Origin: a virus
Lineage: Duplodnaviria > Heunggongvirae > Uroviricota > Caudoviricetes
Strand: one strand, 5' to 3'
Length of the DNA: 23,414 nt
Virus record (IMG/VR): IMGVR_UViG_2534682236_000019
The notes below the pieces were generated by a model. The model did no database searches and was not told where the DNA came from. It was given only the letters and a program-made list of their open reading frames with translations. Below are positions 7,831 through 16,093 of this stretch, piece by piece. Position 1 is the first letter of the stretch, and each line of letters begins with the position of its first letter. A program made the position numbers and the translations under genes.

Positions 7831-9150
7831 TCATCTGTTCCCAAATTTTATATGAATAACATTATCCGGAGCATTCTGCTGCACAGTAATGACGTTATTC
7901 ATAATAAAATTCCCCCATTCTATAAATAATTTTTTTAATTTTTCAGCTTGTTGTCCGACTTGATATGTTCGTATTAAACGGTCTTTGGGTACATGATTTA
8001 ACAGTAACTCTATTAGGCGCTCTGGAGCATCAAGGTATTCAGCGCATCCAGTCGCAACACTTCTACGCAGATCATGAGGAGAAAATGGAGTAAGTTCGGC
8101 TAGATACTTAGAGCGAACCCTTTCTAACGCGCGAGTCAGAGCGTCATTTGTGATGGGAAAGCCAGGTTTGCTAGTAGAACCAAAAACATATGCACCTTCA
8201 GTGAATTCACGTTGTGTTTTTATTAAAGAAAGCATATACGGATGTAAAGTAACAATATGGCTTTTCCCATTTTTAGTGGCTGGTATGGTCCAACGCTCTC
8301 CATTAATTTGATCCCAGCGCATTTGTGCCGCTTCAGAGCGGCGCACTCCTGTGAAAATAATCAAACGGAGTGCATTTGCGACAGAATGAGATAATACCAC
8401 ACTAGAGGAAATTCCATAGCCACCAGATGCAATGGAGCCTCCTCCAACAGTAGCATCATCCAAAGCCTTCCATAGCATCCGGAGTTCATTCTCAGGAAGC
8501 CATCGCTCGCGAGGTTTATTCATCGATGCACCAAACATTGCTGGTTTGAGCAGTCGTGCTGGGTTATGCTCAAGCATACCCTGTAAGTTGGCATGATCAA
8601 GAGTCATATTTAGAATAATTAATCCTTTACGAACTGCTTCAGAACTGGTTTTTCTTACATTACTGAGATGTTCAAAAATAACGCTTTTGGTAAGTTCGTC
8701 AATGCAAAGGTTTCCTAATGCTTTTTCAAGGTGGCGGTGATAAGTCCCTTCATAATCTGCAAGGGTTCTGGTGCTAATTGGTTTACTTGTCTTTCTGAAT
8801 TCTATCCAATCTTTCCATAATTCAGAGTAAATAATCATTTGTTCATTTTTTTGTTTTTCATTTTTTCTAATATGACGAGGATCTATACCTTTTCTTACTA
8901 ATTCAATTGCATCCGCATGAGCTTTACGAGCTTGAGCTAATCCCATGGCAGGGTAACTACCTAGTGTTAATTTAGCTGGCTTTTGAGCTATTCGATAACG
9001 ATAAATCCAGCTTTTATTGTCGCTACCATAACGAACGCGTATAAAGAGTCCTCCCCCAGCTTTAGATTTTACAGCAAATAAGATTTCTTTTTCTTCTTTA
9101 GTAACGGTCAATGAAGCCAATTGTCTGTCTTGTGTAATAGTAAAAGTCAT
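7831..9150 (-). CDS. P4-type tyrosine integrase (IntA/IntF-like), 439 aa
   Basis: N-terminal arm-binding-like region and C-terminal catalytic region with R...HDLRRS...Y residues (FSPHDLRRSVATG, LLNHV, RTYQ). ATG at 9150 (M13 of the listed ORF) has an AAGG RBS. AT-rich relative to neighbours. Confidence 0.85.
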   Translation of the reverse strand: MTFTITQDRQLASLTVTKEEKEILFAVKSKAGGGLFIRVRYGSDNKSWIYRYRIAQKPAKLTLGSYPAMGLAQARKAHADAIELVRKGIDPRHIRKNEKQKNEQMIIYSELWKDWIEFRKTSKPISTRTLADYEGTYHRHLEKALGNLCIDELTKSVIFEHLSNVRKTSSEAVRKGLIILNMTLDHANLQGMLEHNPARLLKPAMFGASMNKPRERWLPENELRMLWKALDDATVGGGSIASGGYGISSSVVLSHSVANALRLIIFTGVRRSEAAQMRWDQINGERWTIPATKNGKSHIVTLHPYMLSLIKTQREFTEGAYVFGSTSKPGFPITNDALTRALERVRSKYLAELTPFSPHDLRRSVATGCAEYLDAPERLIELLLNHVPKDRLIRTYQVGQQAEKLKKLFIEWGNFIMNNVITVQQNAPDNVIHIKFGNR

Positions 9151-9315
9151 ATCTTCAGCCTTTTGGGTACACAGTGGGGTACACATTTAACATGATATCA
9201 TCAGAAACAAGGCGAAACATCTTGATACTGCATTTGTGTGTATTTTATTGATTTTTATACAATTTTTATTGTATACGGAAACGGCTGTGAACATCTTGAA
9301 TCACTGGTCTCGCTA

Positions 9316-9361
9316 ATTCGTAATGCGAAGGTCGTAGGTTCGACTCCTATTATCGGCACCA
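9316..9361 (+). other. 3' 46 nt of a tRNA-Thr gene (thrW-type), ending in CCA: partial copy serving as att core
   Basis: ATTCGTAATGCGAAGGTCGTAGGTTCGACTCCTATTATCGGCACCA matches the anticodon-loop-to-3'-end portion of E. coli tRNA-Thr (CGU) as I recall it. The upstream sequence does not continue the tRNA, so this is a fragment, not a gene. Confidence 0.8.
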
Positions 9362-9375
9362 TTAAAATCAATAAG

Positions 9376-10539
9376 TTACACATCATTAGTACCTTCCTTA
9401 TTTTTTGACTGGGACAAATTTGGGACCGATGGGTTCAGGATCGAGTCTATTTGCCGTGCGTGTTCGGTAAGGTGATTAGGTGCAAGGTGAGCATATCGAC
9501 GAACCATTTCGATAGACTCCCAGCCTCCCATTTCCTGTAACACTGACAACGGGACTCCGGCTTGAACCAGCCAACTTGCCCAGGTGTGTCTCAAGTCGTG
9601 AAATCTGAAATCATCAATACCAGCCCGTCTCAGCGCCGCTTTCCAGGCTGTGTTTGCGTCATACCGCATCTTCCTTACTGTTGGCGCTTTCGTTCCGTCT
9701 GGTTTGGTACAGCTTTCCTTGTACACAAATACCCAACGGTGATGATTCCCGATTTGTTTTTTCAATACGCGACATGCAGTATCATTCAGCGCAACGCCAA
9801 TTGCGCGGTTTGATTTACTCTCTTCCGGGTTTATCCATGCCACCCGGCGCTGCATATCTATTTGTTGCCATTCAAGGTTGATGATGTTCGAGCGTCTTAA
9901 GCCTGTTGCCAGTGCAAATTCAACAACAGACTTTAATGGCTCCGGACATTCATCAATCAGCCTTTGTGCTTCATGGGGCTCCAGCCAGCGGATCCGTTTA
10001 TTCTTTGGTTGAGGCACTTTAATAATTGGTGCCTTATCCAGCATTTTCCATTCACGCTCTGCGGCTCTTAGTAGGGCCTTTATAAATGAAAGATGCGTAG
10101 CCTTCGTTGCAACGGACGCTGGTTTTGGCGTGTATTCTGGAACAGGTTTCCCTTTTTTTCTGCATGCTTCTGCCCTGAGTTTCCAGTTTTCCTCATGACG
10201 CCGGTTCGTCATTTTCTGCATTGCTGAATAAATTTTTGATTCAGTAATGTCTCTTAGTTGCATTCCTGCGAAATGTTGAAGCCAGAATCCGATCCGGCTT
10301 TTGTCATCGTCCAGCGATTTTTTATGTGCTTTCTCTTCAAGCCACCTGACACACGCTTCCTCGAACGTTATATCAGGTATTTCACCAAGTTTGCTGACCC
10401 GCCATGCTTCAGCCTTTAGCTTGTCATGGAGTTCTGTCGCCTGCCTTTTGTCCTTTGTTCCAAGAGACTGTTTAAATCTTTTACCGTTCGGCAATGTGAA
10501 ACTGGCGTACCATATTTCACCTCTGCGGAAGAGTGACAT
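9376..10539 (-). CDS. int: Lambdoid tyrosine integrase, P22 Int-like, 387 aa
   Basis: [34 protein letters not shown]... and C-terminal [17 protein letters not shown]...RRYAHL closely resemble P22 Int, which uses thrW as its att site. Its 3' end lies 15 bp from the tRNA fragment. Confidence 0.9.
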   Translation of the reverse strand: MSLFRRGEIWYASFTLPNGKRFKQSLGTKDKRQATELHDKLKAEAWRVSKLGEIPDITFEEACVRWLEEKAHKKSLDDDKSRIGFWLQHFAGMQLRDITESKIYSAMQKMTNRRHEENWKLRAEACRKKGKPVPEYTPKPASVATKATHLSFIKALLRAAEREWKMLDKAPIIKVPQPKNKRIRWLEPHEAQRLIDECPEPLKSVVEFALATGLRRSNIINLEWQQIDMQRRVAWINPEESKSNRAIGVALNDTACRVLKKQIGNHHRWVFVYKESCTKPDGTKAPTVRKMRYDANTAWKAALRRAGIDDFRFHDLRHTWASWLVQAGVPLSVLQEMGGWESIEMVRRYAHLAPNHLTEHARQIDSILNPSVPNLSQSKNKEGTNDV

Positions 10540-10766
10540 TTTCTTTCCTCTGTTATGCCATCACCCGCGCTCACCTGGACAGTATGCAGCGGAGACTGAA
10601 GAGCCGCAATGCAGGCTTGTCGTGTTGTGAGGTAAGGAGATTTATTCTTAGTGGGATCTTTGCGTGTTGCCTGAAGACGCCCTGTGCGTATCCAGTTAAT
10701 GGCAGTCGGTCTGGATATCTTGAGAAAATGACAGGCCTCATCGAGTGTGAGGCTGTATGGCTCCAT
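10416..10766 (-). CDS. xis: Excisionase (P22 Xis-like), 116 aa
   Basis: [50 protein letters not shown] matches the P22-type Xis. Start at the internal ATG overlapping the upstream stop (TAATG). C-terminus overlaps the int start as in P22. Confidence 0.8.
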   Translation of the reverse strand: MEPYSLTLDEACHFLKISRPTAINWIRTGRLQATRKDPTKNKSPYLTTRQACIAALQSPLHTVQVSAGDGITEERKCHSSAEVKYGTPVSHCRTVKDLNSLLEQRTKGRRQNSMTS

Positions 10767-11071
10767 TATTTCACCTCTTGTTGTGACATTGTTGAAAAAT
10801 GGATACCTGCTCGTTGCTGCCAGACGATCCAACCGAGAGTCATATCCCATGCCATGTATTCGTTATCGCCGTTTTTTGCTCTCCGACGATCTACTAAGTC
10901 ACCGAAACGCTTTTCCATGAATAATTCATAAGCTTCGCGTTCATCTGGTTCTACTTCCAGAGATAGGAGTGCGATTTCATAAGCACGGCGCTCAATATCG
11001 TCTCGCACGTCAAGGCTGCTGATACGCTCTTTAATTTCTTTAATCAGTTCTTTGTCGGTAAAAGTGGTCAT
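10766..11071 (-). CDS. Hypothetical early-left phage protein (101 aa, acidic)
   Basis: Translationally coupled on both sides (TAATG overlaps). Coding-like composition. Confidence 0.6.
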   Translation of the reverse strand: MTTFTDKELIKEIKERISSLDVRDDIERRAYEIALLSLEVEPDEREAYELFMEKRFGDLVDRRRAKNGDNEYMAWDMTLGWIVWQQRAGIHFSTMSQQEVK

Positions 11072-11433
11072 TATGCTCCAGCCTCCGGTGCTTTTGGCAT
11101 TACTGCCCAGTGAGTGATATTGACGTTTTCAAGGTCCCCGACCTGAAATGTCCACTGCCATTCTCCGGTTTCTTTTTGTCCCCAGGTGTACCAGAGAGAA
11201 CGCCAGCCAATTAGCCAGCCTTCTCCGTTAGCATCGAATAACAAAACACTTTCATTTGCTGGTGGCAGTTCAGTTGACACTGGTATTACTTTGTTTTCCT
11301 GTGCTGCACATTTAGCTTCAAGCGCATCGAATTTACGCACCAGGTATTCAGCATCTGTTTCATTCACTTTCAGATCTCGCGGTACACATCTCCCACGAAG
11401 AAACCCTTCCATTTCGAAAACATTCATGCGCAT
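11071..11433 (-). CDS. Hypothetical phage protein, Trp-rich (possibly DUF551-like), 120 aa
   Basis: W-rich C-terminal segment GWLIGWRSLWYTWGQKETGEWQW. Coupled to flanking genes. Confidence 0.55.
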   Translation of the reverse strand: MRMNVFEMEGFLRGRCVPRDLKVNETDAEYLVRKFDALEAKCAAQENKVIPVSTELPPANESVLLFDANGEGWLIGWRSLWYTWGQKETGEWQWTFQVGDLENVNITHWAVMPKAPEAGA

Positions 11434-11960
11434 TTGCGTAACTCCGATAACTCGTTAAAACGTTCCATAAACATCCCGTAGGCATGGCCCGGTGCCTGTG
11501 GAATCACTTTGAACATCTCTGTTGCCGGGATACCTTCCAGTACAGGCCAGAAAGAGCCATCATCAAGCCCGAGATCGCGGCGTTCGGTTGCCAGCATAAT
11601 GAGATCGGCATATTTCACTGGCGTGCTCATAACAGGAGGTAACCCGTATTTCTCACGTATTACGGCGTCTATTTTTTCTTCCATCCGTTTATAGTCAGGA
11701 AGAAGTCGTTTCAGTGGTGCGGGGATGTCCTGGCAATATGCTTCTGTTGCATCATGCATTAAAGCTTCAAAAGCAAATTCCTGTGGCACCAGCTGGCTGC
11801 AAAGCACCGCATGTTGGGCGACACTGTAGAAGTGTGAAAGATGTCCTGCAAAGCGACAGATATTTGAAAGGGAAACCGCGATATCGTTAATAACGATGTC
11901 GTCTTTATTTATCCTGTCATAATAAAAATGCTTCCCGGAAAAAGTTTTAATAAATGACAT
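11424..11960 (-). CDS. HD-domain phosphohydrolase (YfdR-like 5'-deoxynucleotidase)
   Basis: HD motif in ...FEALMHDATEAYCQDIP... plus upstream His cluster (RFAGHLSHFYSVAQH). ATG at 11960 has a GGAG RBS; the listed ORF begins at an upstream GTG without an RBS. Confidence 0.75.
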   Translation of the reverse strand: MSFIKTFSGKHFYYDRINKDDIVINDIAVSLSNICRFAGHLSHFYSVAQHAVLCSQLVPQEFAFEALMHDATEAYCQDIPAPLKRLLPDYKRMEEKIDAVIREKYGLPPVMSTPVKYADLIMLATERRDLGLDDGSFWPVLEGIPATEMFKVIPQAPGHAYGMFMERFNELSELRKCA

Positions 11961-12473
11961 TTTGTTCTCCACGTATATGCGCTGCACCGCGCTGAATTCG
12001 GGTAAAAGGAAGCCCTCACCGTCCGGCGATTATTGAGTCAATTACATTTCCATAAATGCCCCCGTAGGGGCGGTTAGTTTCTCCACAAAACAGAGAAGAA
12101 CACCTGCGGTGGCAGCCGCCCGGATGGATTGGGTTATGAGCCCGTCGTCCGGTGATGCTCTTCTCTGTTTTGTAAAAAGGACGGTACCAGCCGGAAGCAA
12201 GGGTACAAGCTGGTACCGCTAAGACTACACACAGCATAAAGTTGTGGTGCCGGGTGCCTCCCGGTGCCTGGCGAAGGTTGCACACCAGGCGGGTGGGTAT
12301 CCACAGAAGGTCGACTGTCAGCCTCAACCTTAACCCGCGTGCGCTGAGCCGCATTCACCACAACGCTAAGGATTCTCTCTGGTTGAAAATACTTAGCTGT
12401 TATGTGCCTGTCTTTTCACCACTTCAGGCTCGGTGGTATCCTTTTAAGCCCGTATACATAAAAGGAAAATCAA

Positions 12474-12719
12474 ATGACTTTTGATGAAAAAGAACTTGAT
12501 AATGCAATTAATAAAATCATCGTAACGTCGCTCTTTTCCTGTCTCAGCGACACTCAGCAAAAACAGTTCTACGAATCGGCTTTCAACATGATCGAGCGTT
12601 GTTGTTTCTGCGATGCCGACGAGTTACCTGAAAAAATCAGGAAACAGTTGGCTGATGCTCTTCGAGTGCGACTTTCTGACCAATTTTCTGAAATGTACTC
12701 TCCGAATTTGGACAAATAG
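12474..12719 (+). CDS. Small hypothetical protein (81 aa) in an AT-rich insert; reality uncertain
   Basis: Strong RBS (AAGGAAAA, 5 nt). AT-rich. Its 3' end overlaps a convergent ORF by 83 nt, so at most one of the two may be real. Confidence 0.4.
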   Translation: MTFDEKELDNAINKIIVTSLFSCLSDTQQKQFYESAFNMIERCCFCDADELPEKIRKQLADALRVRLSDQFSEMYSPNLDK

Positions 12720-12912
12720 AAAAAGGCCATTTCCATTCAGGGTCTGATGGAAAGACTTCAGCCTGTTCTAAAGCACGGCGTAAAGAGAACACAACTCCAG
12801 CCATAATCTGATGTTTCCCATTGGTCCAGCTATCGCCGCTCTGATCTACAGGGGCGGCTATGTCGTATGACCAAACGACTTCACAGTTATTGTTTAAAAT
12901 CTGGACTTTCAT
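12637..12912 (-). CDS. Small hypothetical protein (91 aa), first ORF leftward of the putative pL/OL; not N-like
   Basis: Internal ATG with AGGTG 6 nt upstream. AT-rich. Not Arg-rich, so not an N-type antiterminator. Confidence 0.4.
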   Translation of the reverse strand: MKVQILNNNCEVVWSYDIAAPVDQSGDSWTNGKHQIMAGVVFSLRRALEQAEVFPSDPEWKWPFSICPNSESTFQKIGQKVALEEHQPTVS

Positions 12913-13119
12913 TTCATACACCTGCTTTAACATGAGTGCCTAGTGGCACAACATGACTCAACGAATCATCCTGGACTTCATATGCCCCAGGCGGCTACTT
13001 CGTGGGCGTCCTGCCTGTTCGTTTTTGACATTTACTGACTGCTTACGACACATGCACCGTGTTGCAACCAGATTTTGTTGTAATCCTGTAGTTGGTCTGG
13101 AATAAAAGATAAAATTAAA

Positions 13120-13156
13120 TTGCGAGATATGCAAGTGGTATTTGCGAGATATGCAA
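13120..13156 (-). promoter_or_regulatory. Putative OL operators / leftward early promoter: two copies of TTGCGAGATATGCAA spaced 22 bp apart
   Basis: A perfect 15-bp direct repeat with dyad half-sites TTGC/GCAA. The same motif family (TTGCGTGATAAGCAA) occurs between cI and cro. On the minus strand the repeats overlap TTGCAT -35-like hexamers. Confidence 0.55.
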
Positions 13157-13165
13157 ATTTATAGG

Positions 13166-13190
13166 TAATAAAAAGCCACCTTTCGGTGGC
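13166..13190 (-). terminator. Rho-independent terminator downstream of cI
   Basis: On the minus strand: GCCACC GAAA GGTGGC followed by TTTTTATT, immediately 3' of the repressor stop. Confidence 0.65.
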
Positions 13191-13210
13191 CGATGGATGG
13201 GATATTGAGG

Positions 13211-13903
13211 TTAATTATGTCTCTTAAGGGTTTGCGACTGACTGATTAAGACCTTTCCAAAGACCATGAATCGGTGTTCGTTTTCGCTAGTAATTCCCCA
13301 TTCACGGTAAATCTGGTTATCAGAAATCACCAGCAGTTTGTCAGGAATCATTTGAAGTCTTTTAACGTATATTTTGTCATCAAAACCAAAGACATATATA
13401 CCATCACCATCAAACTGATTGATGCTGACATCAACGAAGATGAGATCTCCTGGCTCAATGGTTGGACACATACTGTCCCCACGAACGTTGATAACTTTGA
13501 TGTGATTGGCTGGTCGTCCGCCGAACATTGATACAGCATTATCAGTTCTGTATTCGATGGCATGAATCACATCAATGACATCACCGCCCTGGATAAGGCC
13601 ATTTCCCGCACTGGCACTGATATCCAGCATTTCAATACGGAACACATCCTTCACCTGCGCAACATCCTCATTATTACTGTTTTTATATACAGTATTACTT
13701 TTGTGGGCAGAGGTAAAGAGATCAGCAATATCAACACCTAAGCTCTTGGCAATATTACTCAGTGTTTGTTCGGTAAATTGTTTTTGCTTACCCGTTTCTA
13801 AGCGCGAGATGTTCGCCGCATCTACTCCTATCGCTTCAGCGAGATCGGCGATTTTCATGTTCTTCGCTTGGCGAAGTTGTCTGACTCGGTTTCCTATGTT
13901 CAT
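13211..13903 (-). CDS. CI-type prophage repressor: N-terminal XRE-family HTH plus C-terminal S24 (LexA-like) autopeptidase domain, 230 aa
   Basis: HTH segment KIADLAEAIGVDAANISRLETGKQ. C-terminal RGDSMCPTIEPGDLIFVD...YVKRL carries the Ser-Lys dyad arrangement of S24 peptidases. Divergent from cro across an operator region. Confidence 0.9.
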   Translation of the reverse strand: MNIGNRVRQLRQAKNMKIADLAEAIGVDAANISRLETGKQKQFTEQTLSNIAKSLGVDIADLFTSAHKSNTVYKNSNNEDVAQVKDVFRIEMLDISASAGNGLIQGGDVIDVIHAIEYRTDNAVSMFGGRPANHIKVINVRGDSMCPTIEPGDLIFVDVSINQFDGDGIYVFGFDDKIYVKRLQMIPDKLLVISDNQIYREWGITSENEHRFMVFGKVLISQSQTLKRHN

Positions 13904-14000
13904 GCGTTTATTACATTTCTTTATTGCGTGATAAGCAAATCAACTTGCGCAAAATAATTGCGTGAAATAACATGCATAACGCGCAATATTTGGAGGGCGT
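13904..14000. promoter_or_regulatory. OR region: divergent pRM/pR promoters with operator TTGCGTGATAAGCAA and related TTGCG/CGCAA half-sites
   Basis: 97-bp intergenic region between divergent repressor genes. 15-bp operator at 13924-13938 matches the OL repeats at 12 of 15 positions. Further TTGCGC/GCGCAA dyads at 13945-13986. Rightward TTGCGC-N17-TAACAT promoter-like hexamers before cro. Confidence 0.6.
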
Positions 14001-14261
14001 ATGCAATCACCATTACGAAATGTGCGTAAGGCGCATGGTTTCACTTTGCAGCATGTTGCTGCGGGTGTTCAAGTCAATCCAGCGACGTTGAGTCGTATTG
14101 AGAGGCTGGAGCAGATTCCATCTATCGAGCTTGCAGAACGTTTAGCCAATTTTTTTAAGGGTGAAGTCAGCGAAATGCAGATTCTTTATCCGGCACGTTT
14201 TCAATCTAGCCAAAACCAGAATGGGTTTAAACCACAGGAACAGGAGGTGAACCGTGGGTAA
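14001..14261 (+). CDS. Cro-like HTH (XRE family) regulator, 86 aa
   Basis: RBS GGAGG. HTH LQHVAAGVQVNPATLSRIERLEQIPS. Divergent from cI. Confidence 0.8.
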   Translation: MQSPLRNVRKAHGFTLQHVAAGVQVNPATLSRIERLEQIPSIELAERLANFFKGEVSEMQILYPARFQSSQNQNGFKPQEQEVNRG

Positions 14262-14805
14262 GCATCACTGGAAAGTAGAAAAACAGCCTGAGTGGTACGT
14301 GAAAGCTGTCAGAAAAACTATCGCAGCGTTGCCGGGGGGGTACGCTGAAGCTGCTGACTGGCTGGATGTAACAGAGAACGCATTATTTAACCGCCTTCGT
14401 GCCGATGGCGATCAGATTTTCCCGCTGGGATGGGCAATGATTTTGCAACGTGCTGGTGGAACTCACTTCATTGCTGACGCTGTGGCGCAGTCTGCAAATG
14501 GCGTCTTTGTGTCTCTTCCTGATGTCGAGGATGTGGACAACGCCGATATCAACCAACGCCTGCTGGAGGTCATTGAACAGATCGGCAGTTATTCAAAACA
14601 GATTCGTTCAGCAATTGAAGACGGTGTAGTGGAACCGCATGAGAAGACAGCAATTAACGACGAGCTGTACCTCTCAATTTCGAAGCTGCAGGAGCATGCA
14701 GCACTGGTCTACAAAATTTTTTGCATTTCAGAAAGTAATGACGCCCGCGAGTGTGCAGCTCCGGGCGCCGTGGCGTGTCGTGACTGTGGAGAAACTAACG
14801 CATGA
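14254..14805 (+). CDS. CII-like regulatory protein (large CP76/186-CII-type family), 183 aa, GTG start
   Basis: GTG 14254 with AGGAGG 6 nt upstream. Position after cro. Family assignment from memory of lambdoid prophage gene order, moderate certainty. Confidence 0.6.
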   Translation: MGKHHWKVEKQPEWYVKAVRKTIAALPGGYAEAADWLDVTENALFNRLRADGDQIFPLGWAMILQRAGGTHFIADAVAQSANGVFVSLPDVEDVDNADINQRLLEVIEQIGSYSKQIRSAIEDGVVEPHEKTAINDELYLSISKLQEHAALVYKIFCISESNDARECAAPGAVACRDCGETNA

Positions 14806-15140
14806 ACAGTTTAACAACACACTACCGTCGCTCGCAACTGATTGCACTTCCTGTACCGGGTGGAAAAGCGAAGGTGGAGTATTGCTATGCAGTGAATGTA
14901 CCAGGTGACAGGGAAATTGTAACCCACAGCTTTGCAGAGTGGGCTGTGGGTGATTTCAACAGGCAAAAGGAGACAGTCCTTTGCGACAAGTTAACCGCTG
15001 GTTCAAAGATCACTACGGAGTGCCCGTCAGAGTCATTCGTTGGGAACCGGAAACACAACGGGTTATCTACCTCCGCGAAGGCTATGAGCATGAGTGCTTC
15101 AGCCCGCTCGAACAGTTTCGTCGTAAATTCAGGGAAATAG
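14802..15140 (+). CDS. Hypothetical protein (112 aa); coding status ambiguous
   Basis: ATGA-coupled to the upstream gene, but the C-terminal third is low-complexity Ser/Ala-rich. A better-looking 59-codon ORF runs in another frame at 14981-15160. Confidence 0.35.
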   Translation: MNSLTTHYRRSQLIALPVPGGKAKVEYCYAVNVPGDREIVTHSFAEWAVGDFNRQKETVLCDKLTAGSKITTECPSESFVGNRKHNGLSTSAKAMSMSASARSNSFVVNSGK

Positions 15141-15149
15141 AGGTCGGTC

Positions 15150-16091
15150 ATGAGCACTAAATTAACCGGCTATGTATGGGATGGTTGCGCTGCGTCAGGC
15201 ATGAAGTTATCCAGCGTGGCAATTATGGCCCGCCTGGCTGATTTCAGTAATGACGAAGGTGTGTGCTGGCCATCAATTGAAACCATTGCCCGCCAGATTG
15301 GCGCGGGGATGAGCACCGTCAGAACGGCTATCGCACGGCTGGAAGCAGAAGGCTGGTTAACGCGTAAGGCGCGTCGCCAGGGTAACCGCAATGCGTCGAA
15401 TGTTTATCAGCTTAACGTTGCGAAGCTTCAGGCAGCGGCATTTTCTCAACTGTCAGATTCTGACCCGTCAAAATCTGACGCATCAAAATCTGACCCGTCA
15501 AAATTTGATGCGTCGAAATCTGGCAAAAAAGCGGGTTTTCACCCGTCAGAATCTGGCGGGGATCCGTCAGTAAAATCAAAACATGATCCGTCAGATAAAA
15601 AACCTTCTCGTCCGGACGCTTCGCAACCGGACACGCAGACGGATGAACAGGATTTTTTAACTCGCCATCCTGATGCGGTTGTATTCAGCCCTAAAAAGCG
15701 CCAGTGGGGGACGCAGGATGATTTGACCTGTGCACAGTGGCTCTGGAAAAAAATCATCGCCCTGTACGAGCATGCCGCCGAATGTGACGGCGAGGTGGTT
15801 CGTCCCAAAGAACCGAACTGGACAGCCTGGGCAAACGAAATTCGCCTGATGTGTGTGCAGGATGGTCGTACTCATAAACAAATCTGCGAGATGTACAGCC
15901 GCGTCAGTCGCGATCCGTTCTGGTGCCGTAACGTGCTCAGCCCGTCGAAGCTGCGGGAAAAATGGGATGAGCTTTCCCTGCGCTTATCGCCGTCCGTCAG
16001 CACGTACACCGAAAAACGCGAGGACCCGTACTTCAAAGCCAGTTACGACAACGTGGACTACAGCCAGATCCCGGCAGGATTCAGGGGGTGA
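15150..16091 (+). CDS. Replication initiator (lambda O-like role) with N-terminal HTH and internal origin iterons, 313 aa
   Basis: N-terminal segment SIETIARQIGAGMSTVRTAIARLEAEGWL is HTH-like. Central Ser/Asp/Lys repeat linker is encoded by DNA iterons. Position after cII. RBS GAGGT. Confidence 0.75.
   Translation: MSTKLTGYVWDGCAASGMKLSSVAIMARLADFSNDEGVCWPSIETIARQIGAGMSTVRTAIARLEAEGWLTRKARRQGNRNASNVYQLNVAKLQAAAFSQLSDSDPSKSDASKSDPSKFDASKSGKKAGFHPSESGGDPSVKSKHDPSDKKPSRPDASQPDTQTDEQDFLTRHPDAVVFSPKKRQWGTQDDLTCAQWLWKKIIALYEHAAECDGEVVRPKEPNWTAWANEIRLMCVQDGRTHKQICEMYSRVSRDPFWCRNVLSPSKLREKWDELSLRLSPSVSTYTEKREDPYFKASYDNVDYSQIPAGFRG
15453..15606. repeat. Origin-like iteron array inside the initiator gene: 5 tandem copies (about 15-bp period) of TCAAAATCTGAC(C/G)CG plus three degenerate CCGTCAGA copies, followed by an A-rich tract
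   Basis: Directly visible: ...tctgacccgtcaaaatctgacgcatcaaaatctgacccgtcaaaatttgatgcgtcgaaatctggc... then ccgtcagaatctgg, ccgtcagtaaaatc, ccgtcagataaaaaacc. Same arrangement as the ori inside lambda O. Confidence 0.7.
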
Positions 16092-16093
16092 GC

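Noticed and set aside
12040-12470. Retron (msr/msd) interpretation of the structured block
   Set aside because: Long inverted repeats resemble retron a1/a2 and msd stems, but no reverse-transcriptase ORF is adjacent on either strand.
12016-12484. ORFs of 75-112 aa in the GC-rich structured block
   Set aside because: Arg/Pro/Gly-rich translations typical of GC-rich non-coding DNA, no RBS, and they coincide with long perfect inverted repeats. Region treated as non-coding.
15453-15606. CRISPR array or Ser/Asp-rich low-complexity protein artefact
   Set aside because: The repeats are about 15 bp with no spacer-like unique segments and lie inside an intact initiator gene followed by an A-rich tract; this is the classic in-gene origin iteron arrangement.
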